From Paramoeba atlantica (lineage: Eukaryota; Protista; Discosea), in contig CDRNVI010000194.1 in NCBI GenBank assembly GCA_977017575.1, positions 1 through 64,000 on the forward strand: a stretch of DNA of 64,000 nt, given 5' to 3'. This document shows, one piece after another, positions 49,228 through 60,100 of the stretch (its first letter is position 1; each line of letters starts with the position of its first letter). A program made the translations under genes and the position numbers. Under the pieces are notes generated by a model. That model searched no databases. It saw nothing but the letters and a program-made list of their open reading frames with translations, and was not told the DNA's origin.

Positions 49228-51483
49228 CCGGTCTCTTTTAGCACTCTATAAGAAACCAAGAAAAGCTAAAATTTAATTTTAAGGCCTTATTCAAATTGGA
49301 TTGCAATAAAAGTTTATTTTGAACAAGAAGAACACAGAAAACTCATTCGTCTGTTTGAAACACCCCGTCCCTTCAATCCATGGCATCTTGAACATGTGGG
49401 TGCATTACATGCCACACAAAGAAGAGTTTTCTCCTTGTAAATTTTCGAGGAACAACTGAGACATGAGACCTTTTGAGACTTTTTTCGTCTTTTTCGGGGT
49501 TTTTGACTTCTTTCACTTCTTTCACTTTCCTCACTTTCTTTTTTCTTCTCTCGACGTTTTCTTTTTCTCTCATTTTTTTCTCTGATTTCTTTTTCTTTTT
49601 GACATCTCTTCTCTTCTGCAATCTCTTCTTCTTGGACCTCTCTTTCCTGCCTTGCAATGATATTTAACACATCCAATTCTTCCAAACGAGCAACACAACT
49701 CTCACAATCACATCCTTGAATAATTGGTCGAGGGAAAATCGGATCTGTAGGAAGAGAAGTAGCATATTGCATCAACTGAATTGCAAGATCGCGAAGAAAT
49801 GTCTCAAAAATGGCTGTCCCATACGAATTCTCTTTTTCAGGAATTTTATATTTCCCACCCCATTGTTGAAGAGCCCAAATATCCAAATAGAGGGTTAAAT
49901 GGAGCATTTCAGAGAAAACAATTGAAGAAGATGCAGATCGATGAGGGGGAGAGAACCAGGTCATGAATCGATTGAAAGCATCAGAACCAAGCCCAAAGAG
50001 ACTCGAATATACTGTGTTCACCACCGCCATCTGATTGGACAAGATTTTCGTTTTTTTTTGTTTTTTTTGTTCAACAGTGAAGCCATTTGAATGGACAGCA
50101 CGAACACCAAACGACTTCTTGTTACGCTCTCTGTGCCAGTGCATTGAAATGACTGGACCTGCTTCAGTCACCATGGCAACTTTCTTTGGGAGAACCTTTT
50201 TGGTCTTGAGAGGTTCTTCAAGTTTTGAGAGCTTCACTTTTTTCTCTTTTTTTCCAACTTTCACGACAGCCTTAACATTTTCTTCCTCAATATCTTCTTC
50301 ATCTTCTCCTTCCTCTCCATCATCATCCCCTTCATCTTCTTCTTTCTCATTCTCTTTCTTCCTCAGTCCCACAGTATCACCTTCATCAATAATATACGAA
50401 ATCAATGCTCGCCATTCTCGTTGCCACCACCGTTTGTTCAGGGAAGTGAAATAAAGAAAATTTTTCTCCTGCAAAAAGGACAATGCAGGACGAGAGGAAT
50501 AATATGAGTCAAATACCAACCCACTCTCTCCAGGGATCATCCCCTTTGAAGCCCATTCAAGAATCGATGTTTTCTTTGAGAAAAGGTTGTTGGAATCTTT
50601 TGAGGGAAAATCTAGGGGGAGAATCTTGTGGACAAAGGGAAGAGAGCTTCCATGACATTGAACTGCGCTTTGAATCATCCAGATGACTGGGGTGCCCTTA
50701 TTCATCCGAATAACATCGCAGTGACCATGGTACTCTTCCTTTCTCTCATCAAGAATGTTCAAGCAATTTCCAAAATTCACTAATCGAGAGAGATTATCAG
50801 TAAAATCAGTTCCCATCAATGAAGTTGGAATTGCAAAAACTCGTTCCATTTTGGTAAATGCATTCCTCCCTAACAACAATTTCGGGGATTCAGGGAGAGA
50901 TGGGAAGCGAATAGAGTCATTAAAGGTCTCAGACCACGACACACTGTCTTTCCGAACGCATCTGTAGGCGTAGATCCAGATTCGTTGTGCAAGGTAAGCA
51001 TAAAACCTCTGAAGGGAAATGTACTTCTCATTGACATCTTCTCGACGATGAAAATATGCATGGCGGATCACCTTTTCTGCTAAGGCAGGAGGGAAAACTT
51101 TAACGAACAAATCCGCAGCATTCTGGTGTCAATTTCCAATGACAAACGATGGTTGTCGTTTCAGAATCGAAATGGCGTTTTGTGTGAGGCGAAACTTCCG
51201 GGAAGAGGGATAAATCGTCCAATCTTTCGTCAGGTCTACTTTCTCAGACTCCAATGTTGTTCGAGATTTCTTTTTCTTCGTTGCATGTTCCAAAGGGGAG
51301 AGCTTTTGGTTGAGCGCAAGTTGGGAACTCATCCTCACCCAAACAAAAAACAAAAAAAACAAAAAAAAATCATCAATAATTCCTACCTACACTAAAAATA
51401 TAGTGCAAAGGTCCATACCAATAGCGAATTAATTGTTTATTTTAGCCTCGCCTGGTTTCTTATAGAGTGCTAAAAGAGACCGG
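49228..51483 (-). mobile_element. piggyBac-like DNA transposon bounded by CCGG
   Basis: 31-bp perfect inverted ends ccggtctcttttagcactctataagaaacca, extending to ~45 bp imperfectly, enclosing a transposase ORF. Confidence 0.9.
49314..51332 (-). CDS. piggyBac-type DDD transposase with C-terminal Cys-rich domain, one in-frame TGA at 51129-51131
   Basis: LNILDE..YHG, VFDSYYSS..L..L, VYSSLFGLGSDAFNRF, C-terminal CLSC..CVACNAPTCSRC..CSSC. The upstream ORF 51129-51362 is in the same frame. Confidence 0.8.
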
Positions 51484-51739
51484 AGAGAAAATAACGCGGG
51501 ATTTTCTTCACTGAATAGGGTGTTTTCAGGACCGTGAAAATGAAATTTTTCACTTTAAAGACATTGTGAAAAAAAGACATGGATGCGAGGATTGGCATGG
51601 CCACGAGGATTGTCATGGACACATTGTCACAAAGCAATCTCTTCGCAAATCATTCAAAGAAAGGTTTGGGGAAAGAGGAAAACTAATTCCAAAAACAATT
51701 TGATCATCAACAGTTTTTGATCACAGAGTTTTGTTTTCA

Positions 51740-52922
51740 TTTTTTTTTTTGAGCTGGTTTGATATTTTTTCCCTACAAAAAATACAAGATGTAGAAAAAT
51801 ATTGAGAAAGACATTTTCGGTTTTCATTTTAAAAATGAAAAAAAGAAAAGAAAAGAAATATAAAACCTTCAATTGGATGATTAATTCAACAATATTCTGG
51901 TCTGCAACATCAAGCACTGTTTTGCCATCCTAATACAATAATAAGAACAACTTAAACAATTAAAAAGTTCTTCCAATTTTATTAAATTAAAAATAAAAGT
52001 AATCTTTTATTTTTATTAAGAATAAAAATGAAAATCAAAAAAAAAAATCAAAACTTTAGTTTGGAGCTGAATGTTGACTCGATGTTCAATAAGAATTTTG
52101 ACAATTTCTTCAAAACCATTCTCAGCAGCAAAGTGAAGAGCAGTCCGCCCCTGCTAACAACAAAAAAGTTTTAAAAAAAGAAAAACAAATCATTGAACAA
52201 CTGTCTCCCACCCTCCACCACAAATCAAAAAGAAAAATCAAAACATAATCTTGAAGATCAACATTGGATCCATGTTCAACAAGAATCTTCACAACTTCTT
52301 CAAAACCTTTCTCAGCAGCTCTGTGAAGAGGAGTCCATTCATTCTTAGAAAAGTTGTTAAAAAGAAGTTGTTAAAAAATAACAAAACAATTCACCACAAC
52401 CATCCCCCACCCACACAACATCATCAACAAAGAAAAGTGAAAAATCCAAAAGAAAATCAAAACTTCATCGAGAAGATCAATGTTGGCTCCATGTTCAACA
52501 AGAATTTTCACAATTTCTTTAAAACCTTTGAAAGCAGGCCAATGAAGAGGGGTCCGCCCAATCTAAACAAAAAGAAGTTTTAAAAAAAGAATAAATCAAA
52601 ACAACCAAAAAAAAAAAGAAAATGAAAACTTTATCTTGAAGATCAACGTCAGACCCAGATTCAACCAGAATCTTCACAATTTCTTCAAAACCTCGAAAAG
52701 CAGCAACGTGAAGAGGGGTCTGTCCAGACTTGACAAAAAGGAGTTTGAACAAAAGAAACAAAACTTCAAAAACAACAAAGAAAAAAGAGAGAAAGAAAGA
52801 GTTTCCGAAACCCTGTTGTTTTTGAAGTTCACATTCGTTTTTTGATTTTGGAGAAGAACTTGGACAAGTTCTTTGTCTCCTTTATAAACAGCATCAAAAA
52901 GCTTTTCTTCTTGTTCTTCCAT
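51740..52922 (-). CDS. Ankyrin-repeat protein, roughly one repeat per exon
   Basis: MEEQEEKLFDAVYKGDKELVQVLL.., GQTPLHVAAFRGFEEIVKILVESGSDVDLQDK and further similar exons. 3' end approximate. Confidence 0.85.
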
Positions 52923-53095
52923 TTTCTTTTGCGTTTTTGATGTGTTGAAGGGAGAGAAAAATGAAGGAGAGCACAAACCAAAAAACCAAAGTTTTCTGGC
53001 GCTTTATTTTTGGCTTTTGTGAAATTTTTTCGGTGTCCTCTTTTCGTTTCGTTTAAAAGTGATTTCTTTTCGAAAGAGAAGAAAGAGAGAGTGAA
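52923..53095. promoter_or_regulatory. Putative bidirectional promoter between the ankyrin and Rab genes
   Basis: Only 173 bp between divergent ATGs; CpG retained. Confidence 0.5.
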
Positions 53096-54046
53096 ATGGG
53101 TTGTTCAGCTGGAAGAGGTTATCAACAAAATCCAAGCAATTCGAAATTTGTTAGAGTTGTGTTGACTGGTGGTGCTGAAGTTGGAAAGGTTTTATCGTTT
53201 TCTTCTTCCTTTTCTTTCTTTTATTCACTTTAAAAATAAAAAAAAACAAGAGTGGGATCCTTTGTCAATATGCTGAAAAGAAATTTTCTTCTCAGTATAT
53301 TTCCACAATTGGAGTTGAATTCAAGATTAAGTATCTTACTATTGGTGCTTCTCCATATAAGTTGCAAATTGTATGGAACTTTTTCTCTCTCTTTTTTTTT
53401 GTTAATTTTCTTTTTTTTTCCTTTCATTTTTCTGACACTCATTTTTTTTTGAATTCTTTTTTGAATCTTTTTTTTTGACAACCTTCTTTTTTTTTTCCAC
53501 ACACAACAGTGGGATACAGCAGGACAAGAAAGATTTCGAGCAATTGCAATTGCGTATTATCGAGGAGCTCAAGGAATTATTCTTGTGTATTCTGTCACAA
53601 ACCGTGAATCATTTTTGAATATATCCGTCTTCTTGCTGCAGAAGTAAAAAACTATGGGAATCCTGATGTCAAAACAATTCTTGTTGGAAATAAGATTGAT
53701 CTTCATGATCAACGAGAAGTTCTTTATAATGAAGGAAGGGTTTTGTTTTTCTTTTGTTTTTTCTGAATCAATTATTACTTTCGTTTTTTTAAAGGTTTTT
53801 TTCCATTTTCTTCTCCCTTCTTTTTCTTTGAAAAAATTAGATCTTCTCTCTTGTGATATTTTTCTGTATTGATCTTTATTCATACACTGATTTGAATAAT
53901 AGCAATTAGCCCATGAGTTGGGGACCCAAGGATTCTTCGAAATTTCAGCAAAAGAAAATGAAAACATTGATGAAATGTTCTTCGAGACACTTGCATTGAT
54001 GGATGGACGATCCCAATTTGTCAACGTGAAAAGAGCTCGAAATTGA
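53096..54046 (+). CDS. Rab-family small GTPase (Rab1/Rab8-like motifs), 4 exons, N-terminal MGC, no C-terminal Cys; apparent frameshift in a T5 run near 53612
   Basis: [57 protein letters not shown]; ends ...FVNVKRARN*. Confidence 0.9.
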
Positions 54047-54694
54047 AAGGGAAAAAAGGAGGAATTGAAAAAAAAATCATCTTTATTTTTTTGTTTTCAA
54101 AAAAAGCATTGATGCGAACCCCCCTTTTCCTTATTGATACGTACTCAAGAATGAATAGACATTGGAGCTTTAGATCAAGGTTATTTCCGATTTTGAGATT
54201 TATTTTTTTGAAATGAATTTTTTTTAAATTCTTCTCACCAAAATCTTATTTTTTATTTTAGTTTTCAAAAAAAAAGAATGGAGACACACCCTTCCACAAG
54301 ATGCACATCTTGTGGATGTAAACAAAATATTCAAGCATTGACAATCACATTTTTGTTGAGAAGAAATAAAAATTGTGAAAAATTTTTCTTAAGAAATAAA
54401 AATTGTGAAAAATCTTTGTGTTTTTTCATTTTCTGGGATTTATTTATTTTTAACATTGAATCTTTTGGCTTGAGGAAAATCAAAGACAAAGAGAAAAGAA
54501 AATGCACACCCCAAACGGGGTTCGATAAATTTTCGAGTTGATAATTTTCCGAAACAGAAACTTCAACAAAAATGAAAACGTGTTGAACCACAACTCAAAA
54601 AAATCTGTGCGCCATCGTTTGCGAATCCGATCAGTTTTTCTTTTTCTTGTTTTCTTTTTTTCTTTTTTCTTTTTGGTCAACGAAAGCAACTATC

Positions 54695-56987
54695 ATGTCG
54701 GAAGGTGGTGGTTGGGGTTGGGGGTCGTCATGGTCTTCTATCTCAGCTGCAGGTTTTTTCGTTTTCTGATTTTCTTTTCTATTTTTCTTTTGCCTCATAT
54801 ATTTTGAAATAGTGACAAGCACGATTACTGACATGGGTGCACAAATGGTTGAAGATGCGGCGTTTGGTTCTCTTCTCTCTTCTCTCTTCTCCGTTTTTCT
54901 TTTCCACTTTTCTCATTTTCCTTTTTTCTTTCGCAGCAAAGACACTGATTGGTGGTGAAGAAGAAGAAAACCCTCAAGGTCAAGAAGATTCGAAAGGTGC
55001 TGAAAGCTCGGAGAAACAAGGTGACGAGAAGCAAGACGAGAGATCACAAGAAAAAGAAGAAGAAAAAAATGGTGAAGAAAATGAGAAGAAAGAAGAAGAA
55101 CTTTCAGAGAAGAAAGAGGGCGAAGGAGGATTTCGAAGTTTGTTTGATCGAGTTGGAAAGTAAGGGATTTTTTTCAGAACCTTTTCTTTCCTTTTTGTTC
55201 TTGTGATATAGAATTTAAAAAATTAAATTTTACCAGTTCTCAAACAATCCAACAACAACAACAACAACAACAACAACCTCAAAAAGAAGGAGAAGAAGAA
55301 ACCCCAGAAACTCAAGAGTTGGATGATCTCATCCTTCAAACATTTATGACTTCGACCAACTTTCTCACCGGTTTTTGTTTCCTTCCTCTCTTCCCTCTCA
55401 TTTTCTCCTTATTATTTTCCTCCAAAGAAGCTTCTATTGTAACAATACCTCTCGAGATTTTTTCTTTTTTTTTGTTTTTGATCCAAAAAAAAATAGATTT
55501 TGTGTCAACATCCACCGATTTTGTCGCATCATCTTCTGAACAAGTTCGAACTCTTGCCACAAATTTAAATGCAACAGAACTTTTGGATCAAGCTGGAAAA
55601 AGTGCTCTTTGGATTGTCGATCCTGGTCTTCTTGATGATGTTGCTGAGAATGAAAAAGGAAAAGAAGAAGAAGGGGTCCAAAAGTTGTTGGAGGTTCTTT
55701 TTCCTTTTTGTTTTGTTTTTTTTTTGCCTTGGTTTGATTCTCATCACCCTTTTTAACTCTTGAAGGGAGGGGGACAAGAAATTTCATTTGAAAAATTGTT
55801 GGAAAAGCATGGTGGAAGTGAGAAACTCAAGATTTTGAAGAGTGAATCAGAAAAAGAAAGGACAAGTTTCCAAGGTTCTTCTTTCTCATTTTATTCATTT
55901 TTTATTTCTTTCTCTCTGATTGAAATTTTTTCTTGGAAAAGAAAAACGAAAAGTTCTCGGTGTTATGAAATGGTCTGCTCTCTCCCCTTTCTTCACTCGC
56001 TTAGAAAAAGCTCTTCAATCCTCTTTCCCTGTCAAACAAGAACGAGAAGATGAGGGAGAAGAAGAACATGACTTCAAAGTTACTTTTGAGAAACTAAAAA
56101 ACTTTTCACCTTCTTCTCTCTCTTCTTCTCTCTCTTCTTCATCTTCTTCTTCTTCATCATCGTCCCCTTCCCCTTCTCCGACCCCTTCTCCTTCTCCTTC
56201 TTCTTATCTTGGTCCTTTAAAGAATGATATTAAGATTTGCCAACAGTTGAAGTTGTTAGATTGTTTGTATGTGACAAGTGTCGATCGGTTGAGCGGAGAG
56301 AAAAATGTCTTTCGAAATGAGAAAGAAGGAGAAGGGAATGTTCTGAAAATTGCTGTGGTGTTCTTATTGAAAAAGAGAGAAGAATATTTAGATGAGGTTG
56401 CTGATTTTGTTCATCTTTTTGTGGGATTGTTACTTGCTGTCTCTGAGGGGTTGAAAGACCAGTCCATTGTCCAAAATATGAAAGAGAGTGTTGGGGCAAA
56501 AGGAGAGAAAGAAGAAGAGAAGGATGAAGACGAAGATGAAGATGAAGATGATGAAGATGATGAAGATGATGAAGAAGAAATGGTCAACAAAGCTGTGGTT
56601 AACAAGTCTGTGGAACTTTGTGGGGTTCTTCGAGATCTTTTTATTTTTCAGATTAAGAGATTATATCATTTGATTCATTTACAAAAAGATGTCATTGAAG
56701 ATGTTATCAGTGAATCTCGTGCTGGTTTGAAAGGTGTTGAGAAGAAGAAAGAAGAAGAAAAGGAAGAAGGAGAAAAGAAAGAGGGAGAAGAGGAAGGAGA
56801 GGAAAAGAAAAGAGAAGGAGAAAAGAAAAGAAACCAACAACAATTGATTGAGTTGGCAAAGTTTACGAGATCTTATCTTGCTTCTTTTTCTGTTGATCAA
56901 GAGGAGTCGAGTGTGGTTGTCAATGACGCTGGTTCCTCAATGAGACCGTTTTTTGATTCTTTTTTATTGGATCTTTGTAATTTGTGA
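54695..56987 (+). CDS. FAM114A/DUF719-like acidic coiled-coil protein, multi-exon
   Basis: N-terminal GGWGWGSSWSSISAA; LLDQAGKSALWIVDPG; FEKLLEKHGGSEKLKILKSESE resembles the FAM114 F..LF..YQG..HLEALE.LS.ES motif as I recall it. Family call not searched. Confidence 0.6.
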
Positions 56988-57191
56988 AAGAGAGAGAGAG
57001 AGAGAGGAGAAAAGAAAGGTGGAGAGGTTGTTGTCTTTTGAATGAAGGAGAAATTGGGAAGGAGCAAAAGACAGTAAAATAAATGGATGGAGCATTTTTG
57101 TGGGTGAAATTTTTTCAAAAAAAGATTTTTTTTTTGTGTTTCCTCTTCTTTGTTTGTTTTCGCAACACAAAAAAAGAAAATCTCTCTGATT

Positions 57192-60100
57192 ATGGAGATG
57201 GGTTTCTTTTTCTTCTCTTCTCTCTCACTCCCATTCTTTTAAACTAAACTCCTTCTCTCTCCCACACACACACCAAACAAAAAACACACAGAAACTCCGC
57301 CAGAAGAATTTCCATCACCACCATCAAGTCTGGAGCTGCGATTACCACCACAAGGAAAAGAAGAATGGGGTTGGAGAGAGAAATGGAACAGCGCTTTTGA
57401 ATTTTGTTTCGAAAAATTCTCTCATTTTCTCACTCGTTTTTATCTTCAGAGTATTGTTTTTGGTGTTGTGGTTGTTTTTTTTTGTTTTTTTGGTTTGTTG
57501 TTGGTTGATGAGCCCAATTCTACCATTGAGGTTTTTTTGTTTTCCCCCCCTTTTTTTATTTTTCTTTTCATTTTTTTGTTTCTTTCATTTTTTTGTTCTT
57601 AATTTCTTCTTAAGAGAGATTGTTCTTTTTCTTTCTTTTTTTTCAACTGAAAAAAAAACAGATCTTTTTATCACCAAATTCCATTGAATATGATTGGGAC
57701 GAGTTCTTCAATGAATATTTCGGAGGTCTCTCTCGAGCTGTTGTTGCCATGATTACAGGTTCTCTCATGATATTCTTCTTTTTTCTCTTTTTTTTCTTTT
57801 CATTTTTCTGACTTTTAAAAAAAAAAAAAAGAAAAAGAGGCTGGTAAACCAAACATATTAACAACAGAGCACCTGGCGGCTCTCTCTCATATTGGGCGCT
57901 CGCTGTTGGATTCTTCTTATGAAAACTTTCAAACTTTTACAACAAGTAAAAACCAAATTTTCAGTCAAAAAGAAAAAGAAAGAGGGAAAGAGAGGAAAAC
58001 CAAGAAGAGATTTTTTTTTTTTCATTTGTGCTTTTTCATTAAAAAACCAAATCACAGAATCAGGCGTTACAATTACAGAGTTGGATATGTGCGAGGCGCC
58101 ACAAGTTCCTCCATATTTTACAGATCCAAATTCCCAAGAGGTCTTTTTTCTCTTTTTGTTCTTCTCTTTTTCTCTCTTTTATTTATTCTTTTGATTTTAA
58201 CTTCTCTCATGATTGATATCTCTTGTTCTCTCCTTTTCTCTTCTCTCTCAGTTAAAAGAAATGAGCGATGTATTGGCTCCTATGGGAGGTCCACTTCCTG
58301 ATGGTTTTAGAATTGATCGATTTCCTTGTAATCAAATTTCAATTCTTGATTGTTTCCAAGAAGGAGGTTTTTCTTTTCTTTTCTCCCTCTCTTTCTTCTC
58401 CCATCCCCTCTTCTCACATCTCTTCTTCTAACTCCAAATACTTCTTTTGAAGATATGGATATCCCAGCCAATTTAACATATTTAAATGACCGACTTTGTG
58501 CAATTCAACGGTGTATTTTTCCTGTACCCTACAGAAACAAACCCTCCATTTATGACCCTGAGTTAGATATTGGGGCCTATATTGCTCAAGAATTTGATAA
58601 GATCGGAAGGGGACAAATTTCAAATTGTTCAAATGTAATTTTTCCTTTTTTTTTATCTCTTTTTTTATATTTTGTTTCTCATTTCTCTTTTATTTAGTGG
58701 GGAGGAATTCCTGTTGCTGAGGGATTTGTTGTGGGAGATGTCGAAAGAGAGAAAGAATCAAAGAATCTCTTGAGAATTGGATATTCAAGAATGGGAATCA
58801 GTAATTGGAATCAAGATCATCCAGATTTCGTTGCAAAGTATTCTCCTTTAGGGTAATCTTTCTCTTTTTTCGATTTTGTTTTATTCAAGAATAAAAAAAA
58901 TAACTTTTTATCTTCTAGATTTGACACAACAAAAAAAAGAGAAAGATTAGTGGAAAACTTTGAAACTTTTTTAATGGATAATTTGTTCATGGGTGCATAT
59001 AATGAAGAAGAAGATTCTTTATTTGGCCCTGACGAACAATTTAACAATACCCAGTTTCTTTTTACTGTTGCAAAATCAATTGATGATGTCCAAAATGACC
59101 AAATCTCTACTGTTCGATGGGGTTCTTTTTTTCTTTTTATTCTTAAAAAGAATTTTTTTCTTTCTCTTCGCTCGCTTCTCTCCTCTCACTCTTTTTCTCA
59201 CTCTTTTTTAGATTTAATCTTCTTGGGATATCTTATCATGTTGATCTATTCTGTTGTGTGCATGGGACATCTTCCTTTTGTCACTCCCTATTCTTATGGA
59301 CGTTCTCGTGTGGCTGTTGTTTTTGCTGGTTCAATTTCTTTCTTTTCTCGTGTTTCTCTTATTTTCTTCTCTTTCTGACTCAAATCTCTGAAGGGATTGT
59401 GATGGTTGGATTCTCTGTCCTTGCTAGTTTCGGTTTAATTTCTTTTTTTGGGGTCAAAATCTCAGGTAACTTTCTTTTCTCCTCACAGTCACAGAAAAAT
59501 AAAACATTCTCTTCTCTCTCTCTCATTTTTTTTTCTCCCTGCAGGAATGCAATTGGCCATTATCCCCTTCATTGGTTTAGGAATCGGAGTTGACGACATC
59601 TTTATTATCATGCACACCCTTTCTCTTGTTTACTCTACTTCTTCTTTTGATGATGATGCTGTTTCTGATGCTTTTGAAGTTCATTTGGATACGCCAGAGA
59701 AGAGAAGGGTCAAGAGAGTTGTGGTTGAAGCAATGAGAATTGGTTTGGATTTTTTTTTTCTCTGTTCTCTTACTTGTTCGAACTCTTATTTTCTGTTCCC
59801 AGCCGGACCTTCTGTTCTTTTATCATCTGTTTCAAATTTGTGTGCTTTTATTACAGGTTCTCTTTTTTTTTCTCACTTTATTTCCATTCTCTCTGCACTC
59901 CAACTCATATATATCTCTTCTCTTTACTTTCTTTCCTTCCAATAGCCGCTTGGGCTGCTTCAGTCCCCCAAACTTCATGGTTTGCGTTACAAATGGTGTC
60001 CGTGTGTGTCTTGAATTTCATAACATATTCATTTATTTTTATTCCTCTCCTTTATTTGGATTTGAATTGGGAAATGGATTTGTTTCGATCTTGTCGAAGA

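Larger units (their letters stand above)
41655..52015. repeat. Tandem segmental duplication (unit 1 about 41655-46085, unit 2 about 46090-52015 including the transposon)
   Basis: Collinear exon and intron identity of both LRR copies and of the flanking ankyrin 3' region; junction at ...attatcttcagaaacaatcagc near 46085. Confidence 0.9.

Noticed and set aside
54165-54195. gctttagatcaagg resembling U2 snRNA
   Set aside because: The branch-point pairing sequence GTAGTA and the 5' stem are absent.
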